Position numbers and translations under genes: made by a program | Assembly: GCA_027295155.1 (NCBI GenBank) | Contig: JAPULH010000161.1 | Location: 1 to 61,116 of the forward strand | From: Gemmatimonadota bacterium | GTDB taxonomy: Bacteria > Gemmatimonadota > Gemmatimonadetes > Palauibacterales > Palauibacteraceae | DNA: 61,116 nucleotides | Reading direction: 5' to 3' | Notes under the pieces: model-generated | What the model was told of the DNA's origin: nothing | What the model saw: the letters and a program-made list of their open reading frames with translations, nothing else | Databases searched by the model: none | In this document: positions 47,973 through 54,810 of the stretch, one piece after another | Layout: each line of letters starts with the position of its first letter | Numbering within the stretch: position 1 is the stretch's first letter

Positions 47973-49778
47973 ATGGCGACGATCGAGGCTGCCGTGCCAG
48001 ACCAGGGCAGGGGAGCCTCGACGTACGCCGGCGGCGTTTGGAGCTGGATCACGACGGTCGATCACAAGCGGATCGGCATCCTCTACTTCGTTTCCGGTTT
48101 GGTGTTCTTCCTCGTGGGCGGGGTGGAGGCGATGCTGATGCGGCTGCAGCTCGCCGCGCCGGGCAACACGCTGCTCGACCCGGCCACGTACAACCAGCTG
48201 TTCACGATGCACGGCCTGACCATGATCCTGTTGGCGGTCATGCCGATAGGCGCGGGCTTCTTCAACTACCTGGTGCCGCTCCAGATCGGCGCCCGGGACG
48301 TCGCCTTCCCGCGCCTCAACGCGCTCAGCTACTGGCTCTTCCTGTTCGGTGCCTTGCTCCTGAACTCCAGCTTCCTGTTCGGGGGCGCTCCGCAGGCCGG
48401 CTGGTTCGCCTACGCGAACCTCACATCGAGTCAGTACTCCCCGGGTCACGGGATGGACTTCTACATCCTGGGCCTGGCTCTGGCAGGCACCGGTTCGATC
48501 GTCGCGGCCCTCAACTTCATCGTGACGATCCTCAACCTGAGGGCGCCGGGGCTGTCGCTGATGCGGGTGCCCCTCTTCACGTGGATGACGCTCGTTGTTT
48601 CCTTCCAGATCATTCTGGCGTTCCCGCCCTTCACGATCGCGATCGTATTCCTGCTGTTCGACCGGATGTTCGGAACCCTCTTCTTCGAGCCTTTGGGGGG
48701 TGGGGACCCGATCCTCTGGCAGCACCTCTTCTGGATCTTCGGCCACCCGGAGGTCTACATCGTGGTCCTCCCGGCGTTCGGGATCATCTCGGAGGTGATC
48801 CCGACGTTCTCGCGGAAGCCGCTGTTCGGCTATCCGGTCGTCGTGTATTCGGGCGTGCTGATCGGCTTCCTGGGCTTCGGTGTGTGGGCTCACCATATGT
48901 TCTCGGTGGGCCTCGGGCCGCTCGCGAACTCCGTCTTCGCGGGGCTCACGATGCTGATCGCGATCCCGACCGGCGTCAAGATCTTCCACTGGATCGCTAC
49001 GATGTGGGGAGGAGCGATCCGGTTTCGCACGGCCATGCTGTTCGCCGTAGGCCTGATCGTGATGTTCACGATCGGAGGCCTGACCGGCGTGATGCACGCC
49101 TCTCCTCCGGCGGATCTGCAGCAGACCGACACTTACTTCGTGGTCGCCCACCTCCACTACGTGCTGTTCGGCGGCACGATGCTCGGCCTCTTCTCCGGCA
49201 TGTACTACTGGTTTCCGAAGGTTACGGGCCGCTTTCTGGACGAGCGGCTGGGGAAGGCTCACTTCTGGCTTACGTTCATCGGGATCAACCTGACGTTCTT
49301 CCCGATGCACTTCGCAGGCCTGCACGGGATGCCCCGCCGCACCTACACCTATCCGGCCGGCCTTGGATTCGAGGGCTACAACCTGACCTCGACCGTGGGC
49401 GCGGGCATCACGCTGCTCGCCGTCCTCGTTTTCCTGTACAACCTCGTCCGCAGCCTCCGGTCGGGGGAGCGCGCGGGCGCGAGCCCGTGGGGTGGGGCGA
49501 CGCTGGAGTGGAGCACGAGCTCGCCGCCTCCGGTCCACAACTTCGATTGGACGCCGCAGGTGAGGAGCCGGGATCCGCTGTGGCACGACGGCGTGGAGCT
49601 TCCGGCCGCCGAGGAAGAGATCCATATGCCGAATCCGTCCTACTGGCCGGTGGTCGTGGCGGCCGGCGCGCTGACGCTTGCAGCGGGCGCCCTCATCGGC
49701 CTTCCCGTCGTGCTGCTGGGAGTCGCTGTGATGGTGGGAGGGATCTACGGTTGGGCGTTCGAGCCGATCCACGGATGA
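47973..49778 (+). CDS. ctaD: Cytochrome c oxidase subunit I
   Basis: 601-aa haem-copper oxidase subunit I (WITTVDHKRIGILY, WFFGHPEVYI-type motif FWIFGHPEVYIVVLP, HHMF). Confidence 0.97.
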   Translation: MATIEAAVPDQGRGASTYAGGVWSWITTVDHKRIGILYFVSGLVFFLVGGVEAMLMRLQLAAPGNTLLDPATYNQLFTMHGLTMILLAVMPIGAGFFNYLVPLQIGARDVAFPRLNALSYWLFLFGALLLNSSFLFGGAPQAGWFAYANLTSSQYSPGHGMDFYILGLALAGTGSIVAALNFIVTILNLRAPGLSLMRVPLFTWMTLVVSFQIILAFPPFTIAIVFLLFDRMFGTLFFEPLGGGDPILWQHLFWIFGHPEVYIVVLPAFGIISEVIPTFSRKPLFGYPVVVYSGVLIGFLGFGVWAHHMFSVGLGPLANSVFAGLTMLIAIPTGVKIFHWIATMWGGAIRFRTAMLFAVGLIVMFTIGGLTGVMHASPPADLQQTDTYFVVAHLHYVLFGGTMLGLFSGMYYWFPKVTGRFLDERLGKAHFWLTFIGINLTFFPMHFAGLHGMPRRTYTYPAGLGFEGYNLTSTVGAGITLLAVLVFLYNLVRSLRSGERAGASPWGGATLEWSTSSPPPVHNFDWTPQVRSRDPLWHDGVELPAAEEEIHMPNPSYWPVVVAAGALTLAAGALIGLPVVLLGVAVMVGGIYGWAFEPIHG

Positions 49779-49828
49779 TCGGCCGGTGACGACCAGAGCG
49801 GCCGAGCGAGACGGGGTCTGAGGAGCAG

Positions 49829-50401
49829 GTGGAACGAACGAACACCGGGGTTCCGAACGAGAAGATGCTCATGTGGGCCTTCATCGGCTCCGAGTGCATG
49901 CTGTTCGCTTCTCTGATCGCGACGTATCTGACCTACCGTGGCCGCAGCCTGGTGGGACCGTATCCGGAGGATCTTCTCAACATCCCGTTCATCACGGTCA
50001 CCACGTTCGTGTTGCTGATGAGCAGCCTGACGATGGTGCTGGCCCTCTCGGCCGTTCAGCGGGGCGACGCGCGAGGGAGCAGGGTATTCCTCCTTCTGAC
50101 GGCCGTGCTGGGGATCATCTTCGTCGGAGGGCAGGCCATCGAGTTCAGCCACTTCGCTGGCGAGGGGCTCGGCCTGAGCCGCAACCTCTTCTCCAGCACG
50201 TTCTTCCTGACGACGGGCTTCCACGGTGCTCACGTGACAGTGGGCGTGATCTGGCTGCTGAGTCTGTGGGTGCTGACGATGCGGGGCAGGCTGGGGCCGG
50301 AGAGTTCGGTCAAGGTGGAGGTGGCGGGCCTGTATTGGCACTTCGTCGACGTCGTGTGGATCGTTCTCTTCACCGTGATCTACCTGATGTCCGGAAGTTG
50401 A
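49829..50401 (+). CDS. ctaE: Cytochrome c oxidase subunit III
   Basis: 190-aa hydrophobic protein with subunit III motifs (FFLTTGFHGAHVTVG, YWHFVDVVWI). Confidence 0.92.
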   Translation: MERTNTGVPNEKMLMWAFIGSECMLFASLIATYLTYRGRSLVGPYPEDLLNIPFITVTTFVLLMSSLTMVLALSAVQRGDARGSRVFLLLTAVLGIIFVGGQAIEFSHFAGEGLGLSRNLFSSTFFLTTGFHGAHVTVGVIWLLSLWVLTMRGRLGPESSVKVEVAGLYWHFVDVVWIVLFTVIYLMSGS

Positions 50402-50423
50402 GGCCGGACAGCGTGAGGCCTGG

Positions 50424-50762
50424 ATGACGAGCGAGAAGGCGCTGGGGATCGAAAGCGGAGGCGTCGTAGCCGCGCACGCGCACGAGGAACCGCACGCCTC
50501 GAACCGCACCTACGTGGTGATCGCCCTGGTGCTCGGCGTCCTCACCGCGCTTGAGGTGATGGTGTTCTACGTCGAGGCGCTCGCCCCGGTGCTGGTGCCC
50601 ATCCTCATCCTCCTGTCAGGCACCAAGTTCGCGCTTGTCGTGGCCTTCTACATGCACCTCAAGTTCGATGGGAACGTCCTTCGCGGGCTCTTCCTCGGCC
50701 CCCTTTTCATCGCAGTGGCGATCATCGTCGCTCTGATCGCGCTTTACGGCTACCTGCTGTAG
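50424..50762 (+). CDS. ctaF: Cytochrome c oxidase subunit IV (caa3/CtaF-type small subunit)
   Basis: 112 aa with three TM helices and the typical ..KFALVVAFYMHLKF.. motif. It is the last gene of the cta cluster. Confidence 0.8.
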   Translation: MTSEKALGIESGGVVAAHAHEEPHASNRTYVVIALVLGVLTALEVMVFYVEALAPVLVPILILLSGTKFALVVAFYMHLKFDGNVLRGLFLGPLFIAVAIIVALIALYGYLL

Positions 50763-50817
50763 GGGGTTGTCGAGGAACTCCAGCGGGTCGCACGCCCTGC
50801 GGGTCACGCCGGCGCGG

Positions 50818-50976
50818 CTAGCACGCCTCCGCCAGCACCGCAATCGCGGCGGCGGCCGCCGCCAGGAGGAGGACGGCCTGGAGCTGCCACTCCCCCCTGC
50901 GCTGCCGGCGCCGGCAGTGGGGGCAGTGGTGCGCGTGGTCCGGGATCATCACTTCGCACTCGTGGCAGTGCTTCAT
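50818..50976 (-). CDS. Small zinc-ribbon + single-TM protein (52 aa; not in the ORF track)
   Basis: MKHCHECEVMIPDHAHHCPHCRRRQRRGEWQLQAVLLLAAAAAAIAVLAEAC has two CxxC pairs, a basic stretch and then a hydrophobic helix. GGAAGAGG lies 5 nt upstream of the ATG, and the ORF starts 31 nt after the pncA-like stop on the same strand. Confidence 0.45.
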   Translation of the reverse strand: MKHCHECEVMIPDHAHHCPHCRRRQRRGEWQLQAVLLLAAAAAAIAVLAEAC

Positions 50977-51007
50977 CACACCTCTTCCGCGTGTGACCGA
51001 CCTCTCC

Positions 51008-52063
51008 TCATAGGGGGAAGTCAGGCCAGCTAGTCATCGGGACCTCCGAGCGGACGATGTGCATGCCCGCCGCGGCGAATCTCGCGAGCGCCTCCTCGGC
51101 CTGCGGCGTGAAATCGTAGAGGAACCCCCCGGGAGCGTCTGCGTCCGGTACGGTCACGGCCGACATGCAGTCCTCCAGGATGTACACCTTCCGGGCCAGA
51201 GAGGGATTCGTGGAGAGGATCTCTGCCAGGAGATCCTCGATGGTGCTCTTCACGCAGTGGCTGGCCGCTTGGCCCGCGATGATCAGGGCGTCCGCCTCCA
51301 GGAGCCGCTCCGCAAAGCGGTCGTTGCGCTCGGCGATCCGCTTTTCATCAGGACCGAACAGCACTTCCGGCGACAGAGCCGAGTAGTGCTCGGAGAGTGC
51401 GTGCCCCCCCTTCGGCTCGATCCAGTCTCGCGCCAGGCGGGCGAACGCGTGGAACATGCGTGCTTCGTGGATGACACCTGCCAGAGCGTGTCCCTCACTT
51501 CCGAGCATGCAGTGGGGTGGCCAGAGGTAGAGCGTGTACTTGCCGGCCCTCTCCAGCTGCTCGCAGTAGAAGCGCGCATGCCGCTCTAGCCACCCGTAGT
51601 CCCCGCCCGCGAGCCAGGCCGCCAACGCCGGGTTCGGCCGCAGCCGGCCGCTGCGCACCTCCTCCGCCGTGACCTCCCGGTGCGCGGTGGGCGGCGTGCC
51701 CTCATCGGTCAGCCAGAAGGAGGGGAAGAAGATCTGATACGGGTAATGAGTGTCGAGCGTGCAGGTGATCTCGGTGATGATCGAGAGGTTCCGGTACACG
51801 AAACGGGCCGTCCGGTCGTTGTCCTCGATGGCTCCGCGGCCGCTTCTTCCTCCCACGTAGAGCGCCCCATCGGGGAAGCAGAAATCCTTCTGGAGGTCGG
51901 TAAGCTGGAGGCGCACGACCACGTCATCTTGGGAGGCGGGCGCGATGCCGAACCGCTCGCGCCACTCGAGGGCGTGCCTGAAGAGCGCCTGCTCGTCCGG
52001 TCGGTAGCTCCAGTGCTCGGCGTTCGCCGGGTCGTAGAACTCCGGAACGGGAAGTTCGGTCAT
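51008..52063 (-). CDS. Nicotinamidase-like cysteine hydrolase (isochorismatase superfamily, long form)
   Basis: LTDLQKDFC (catalytic Asp region), LDTHYPYQ (metal-site-like), LWPPHCMLGSEGHAL (PncA-like WPxHC) and IIAGQAASHCVKST (nucleophile Cys); 351 aa. Confidence 0.72.
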   Translation of the reverse strand: MTELPVPEFYDPANAEHWSYRPDEQALFRHALEWRERFGIAPASQDDVVVRLQLTDLQKDFCFPDGALYVGGRSGRGAIEDNDRTARFVYRNLSIITEITCTLDTHYPYQIFFPSFWLTDEGTPPTAHREVTAEEVRSGRLRPNPALAAWLAGGDYGWLERHARFYCEQLERAGKYTLYLWPPHCMLGSEGHALAGVIHEARMFHAFARLARDWIEPKGGHALSEHYSALSPEVLFGPDEKRIAERNDRFAERLLEADALIIAGQAASHCVKSTIEDLLAEILSTNPSLARKVYILEDCMSAVTVPDADAPGGFLYDFTPQAEEALARFAAAGMHIVRSEVPMTSWPDFPL

Positions 52064-52181
52064 CGCGTACGTTCAGCCTTAGCAGGTCGCTGGATGGGGG
52101 CACGCTCTGCACTCCCGGTCGTGCGGCCCCACCTGTCGCTCGGACACGCTTCTAGCGTAGCACTCGGCCCGACGGTCGACC

Positions 52182-52225
52182 AGAAGGCTGTTGAAGAAGT
52201 ACGGTGGGCCACGTTACGCGCGCCG
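52182..52225 (-). repeat. Dispersed repeat copy C (44 nt)
   Basis: The plus strand reads agaaggctgttgaagaagtacggtgggccacgttacgcgcgccg, and its reverse complement is 41/44 identical to copy A. It lies 118 nt upstream of the pncA-like start and is oriented towards it. Confidence 0.85.
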
Positions 52226-52273
52226 TGGGGCAGATCCAAGGCGGCGCGACGGCGCGATACCGTGCGTATCGGG

Positions 52274-52416
52274 GAGGAGCGACAACGCCGGAGATGGTCC
52301 CACGCCGCCGTAACCCGGAGGGCGCAGGGGGATTGCGGCCTCATACGGCGTCACTCGTCGTCGAGGGCACCGCGCGTAGCGTGGTCGCACAGGGCATCGA
52401 TTCCTCCTCGCTCCTT
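52274..52416. other. Potentially structured spacer between inverted repeat copies C and D
   Basis: A closing helix 52274-52282 / 52408-52416 (9 bp including one G-U) encloses hairpin 52306-52350 (7+4+4 bp) and hairpin 52369-52385 (7 bp). A further hairpin lies just upstream at 52255-52271. The transcribed strand is unknown. Confidence 0.35.
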
Positions 52417-52440
52417 GTCTGAGCCTTGCAAGACCCCTGC

Positions 52441-52472
52441 GCGTGACCCACCGTACTTCTTCAACAACCTTC
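52441..52472 (+). repeat. Dispersed repeat copy D (32 nt)
   Basis: gcgtgacccaccgtacttcttcaacaaccttc is 29/32 identical to the matching part of copy A and lacks ~10 nt of A's left arm. It lies 50 nt upstream of the E1-alpha-like start and is inverted relative to copy C. Confidence 0.85.
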
Positions 52473-52522
52473 ATGATGAACGGCCGGAAGGCCGCTGAAG
52501 GGAAACGGAAGGCAGGGCCTCG

Positions 52523-53695
52523 GTGAGACGATATGCAGCGTATGATCCGCCCGAATACGTGGGGTGGAAGCCCGACTCTGAGCTGGTCGAGGAGTACGGC
52601 CGGCGGGTGGAGGCGGACCCGGCACGGCGCCTGGAGGTGGAGGCGCTTACCGCAGATGGATTGCTCGACCTGTACCGAGGCCTCCTCCGTTTCCGGCTCC
52701 ACGACATCGCGCTCCAACGCTGGGTGAAGCAGGGGGTGATCTCCAAGGCGTGGCTCGGGACGGGTGAGGAGGCGGTGACGATCGGCGCGGTACACGCTCT
52801 CCGCAGGGAGGGGCCGAACGGGGACGTCGTCGGGCCGATGATCCGAAACGCAGGCGCGTGTCACGAGATGGGGATGTCCGTCGCGGACATGCTGAGGAGC
52901 TATCTGGCGACGGGGGACTCTCCGGCCCACGGGAAGGACCTGCATATTGGCGATCTCGAGCATGGGATCGTGGCGCCGATCAGCATGGTCGGATCGCTGG
53001 CGGCCGTGATGAACGGCTACGCCCTGGCCTTCAAGCGCCGGGACGAGCCGCGAGTCGCTCTGACGTGGGTCGGAGACGGAGCGACGAAGCACGGGGAGGT
53101 CCACGAGGCGCTCAACTTCGCGGCGGTGCTGCGCCTGCCGGTCGTGTTCATCCTTCAGAACAACCAGGTAGCGCTCGGGACGCGCCTTGCTCAGTACCAC
53201 CTGGCCCCCGATTTTTCCGACTGGGGGCGTGCGTACGGCGCCACGCTCCTTCGGGTGGACGGCAACAACGTTCTGGACGTCTATGCCGCCTGCCGGCTGG
53301 CGGGAGCACGCTGCCGGAAGGGGCGCGGGCCGGTGTTCGTGGAGGCCGATACCTTTCGCATGGGCGGGCACGCGACCCACGACGTGCGTGAGGCTCGTCG
53401 AACCCTTGACGCCTCGTTGTTCGAGCGCTGGGGACGGCGCGATCCGGTCGGGCTTTTCGAGGAGTACCTGGCCAGGGGCCGCCGTGCGCTGGACGGCCCA
53501 ATCCCGGTGGCCGACGATGCGGGGCGCGCGGCGCGCAACCGTCAGACGCTGCTCCGCGTGGAGGAGGAGATTATCCGCGAGGTGGATGCGGCCGCGGACA
53601 TGGCTCTGGCCAGCCGGCGCGATCGCATGCCCGCACCGGACGAGACCGTCCGAGACGTATACGCGACGCCGTGCGAGGAGATGCGAAAAACATGA
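52523..53695 (+). CDS. Thiamine-diphosphate-dependent 2-oxoacid dehydrogenase E1 alpha-like subunit
   Basis: TPP-binding motif GDGATKHGEVHEALNFAAVLRLPVVFILQNN (GDG-x26-NN) and E1-alpha-type flanking sequence; 390 aa. No E1-beta gene lies next to it. Confidence 0.8.
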   Translation: MRRYAAYDPPEYVGWKPDSELVEEYGRRVEADPARRLEVEALTADGLLDLYRGLLRFRLHDIALQRWVKQGVISKAWLGTGEEAVTIGAVHALRREGPNGDVVGPMIRNAGACHEMGMSVADMLRSYLATGDSPAHGKDLHIGDLEHGIVAPISMVGSLAAVMNGYALAFKRRDEPRVALTWVGDGATKHGEVHEALNFAAVLRLPVVFILQNNQVALGTRLAQYHLAPDFSDWGRAYGATLLRVDGNNVLDVYAACRLAGARCRKGRGPVFVEADTFRMGGHATHDVREARRTLDASLFERWGRRDPVGLFEEYLARGRRALDGPIPVADDAGRAARNRQTLLRVEEEIIREVDAAADMALASRRDRMPAPDETVRDVYATPCEEMRKT

Positions 53696-54174
53696 GCGGT
53701 GAAGCGCGACGCTTCGAGCGCGAAATCGTGATCGGGGGTGAGACGTATCGGGCATGCGTCGCTTGGAGAGGGCAGGAGAGCGGCTACGGGCTCCTCTACT
53801 TTCATCCCGTCACGGAGGCTGCCGGCGATCGCGAGGACCGGCGGGCGCGCCTGGCACCGAGCGAGGGGTCGCGTGAGCTGACCGGCACGCGACTGCGGGA
53901 GCTCTTCGAGGCGGCGCGGCCGCTTACGGTGACCGAGAGGCGGTTCACAGCCGCTGACGGCCGACGCTGGCTCGCCCAGAACCGCGGACCCGTGTGGGCG
54001 GAGCGCACGGCGGCCGAGGGCCATACGGGGGTGGTCTTTACGAGCCTCGAGGATGAGGTTCAGCGGTTGTCGTCACCCGGCCGGCACGTGGCCGAGATGT
54101 CGGACGATGAGCTCGGCGAGCTGCTGCGGGCGGCGCATGCCGACGCGGACGCAGGCCCCCGAGAGCCGGAATGA
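53692..54174 (+). CDS. Hypothetical protein with an internal duplication
   Basis: 160 aa from ATG 53692 (ATGA overlap with the E1-alpha stop). The two ~70-aa halves share RRF..., a hydrophobic beta-like core (GYGLLYF / HTGVVFT), RL.P/RLSSP and a terminal helix (LRELFEAA / LGELLRAA). No known domain was recognised. Confidence 0.55.
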   Translation: MSGEARRFEREIVIGGETYRACVAWRGQESGYGLLYFHPVTEAAGDREDRRARLAPSEGSRELTGTRLRELFEAARPLTVTERRFTAADGRRWLAQNRGPVWAERTAAEGHTGVVFTSLEDEVQRLSSPGRHVAEMSDDELGELLRAAHADADAGPREPE

Positions 54175-54800
54175 GCGAGGCGCTCAGGGAGGCGCCGGTT
54201 CACGTTTTTGTCTACTTCGACTACATATGCCCGTACTCCTATCTCGTCCGCCCCCTGATCGATACGATCGCCTCCGAACGTCCGCTCGAGGTCGTGTGGC
54301 GTCCGCTTGAGACCCGCCCGGAGCTGCCGGCTGACGGGGTGCCCAACGTCGGAGATGGACCCGACGAGATCGCGCCGGAGGAGTGGGAGAGGCTGGGGGA
54401 ACGGGGTCTCGCGGCGGGCATCCCGCTGTATCGGCCAGCTCGGATCCCACGCACCCATCTCACCCTCCAGGCGTCGGAGTTCGCTCGCGACATCGGCTCC
54501 GAGGCGTTTCGTCGTCTCCACGAGGCTCTATTCCGCGCGTACTTCGTGCACGACGTCGACATCGGGGCTCTGGAGAAGATCCTGGAGATCGCCGCCACGG
54601 AGGGACTCGCCCGTGAGGCGCTGGAGGCTGCGCTGGAGGACGGTCGGTATACGGATGAACTGGCGGCTGCCGAGCGGGAAGCGGAGCGCTACGAGATCAG
54701 GCAGACGCCCACCGTGTTCTTCGGACGATACAAGGTGATCGGTGCGGCGCCGATCGATCTGCTGAGCGAAACCGCCCGTCGCGCCTCGGCGGCCTGCTAG
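54171..54800 (+). CDS. DsbA/FrnE-like thioredoxin-fold protein with a CPYS motif
   Basis: VYFDYICPYSYL corresponds to the DsbA-family FxDxxCPWCY region but with Ser in place of the second Cys. It has a helical insertion and a C-terminal ..TPTVFFGRYKVIGA (cis-Pro loop region). The start makes an ATGA overlap with the upstream stop. Confidence 0.75.
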   Translation: MSEALREAPVHVFVYFDYICPYSYLVRPLIDTIASERPLEVVWRPLETRPELPADGVPNVGDGPDEIAPEEWERLGERGLAAGIPLYRPARIPRTHLTLQASEFARDIGSEAFRRLHEALFRAYFVHDVDIGALEKILEIAATEGLAREALEAALEDGRYTDELAAAEREAERYEIRQTPTVFFGRYKVIGAAPIDLLSETARRASAAC

Positions 54801-54810
54801 AGCTTGCCTG

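Noticed and set aside
50767-51033. 88-aa plus-strand ORF between ctaF and the pncA-like gene, and the 75-aa minus-strand ORF 50616-50843.
   Set aside because: Both are Arg/Gly-rich, lack an RBS, and overlap ctaF or the better-supported 52-aa zinc-ribbon ORF on the minus strand.
52204-52422. 72-aa plus-strand ORF (GTG start) filling the spacer between repeat copies C and D, and the 94-aa minus-strand ORF 52060-52344.
   Set aside because: Neither has an RBS or a recognisable motif. GC3 of the plus-strand ORF (~74% by hand count) is not higher than background. Both ORFs start or end inside the repeat copies; the same ..ARNV(A/T)HRTSSTA(F/I) peptide appears at the folC end purely because of the repeat.
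52182-52472. The dispersed repeat read as a riboswitch or known operator. UUCAACANCC resembles the ACANCCCC-type bulge I recall from the class-I NAD+ (nadA-motif) riboswitch, and copy C precedes a nicotinamidase-like gene. I also considered a Rex box, a sigma-54 promoter, an ECF-type promoter (TGAAG..CGTTA) and group II intron domain V.
   Set aside because: I could not build a consistent P1/P1a fold across copies A, C and D; only a CUUC..GAAG pairing recurs. The half-site sequence and spacing do not match Rex (TGTGAA..TTCACA). The GG/GC spacing does not fit sigma-54. The ECF-like reading has the wrong orientation for copy A and is absent in copy B. There is no partner strand or GNRA loop for domain V. 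This cannot be settled without cmsearch.
52481-52520. SRP (4.5S) RNA-like strings CCGGAAGG / GGAAGGCAG around a GGAA tetraloop hairpin. I also checked this 5' region for a TPP riboswitch upstream of the TPP-dependent E1-alpha gene.
   Set aside because: The flanks lack the conserved SRP domain IV symmetric and asymmetric loop sequences (..GGUCC-GGAA-GGAAGCAGCC..). No CUGAGA / ACCUGAUCUGGAUAAUGCCAGCG-type THI-box elements are present.
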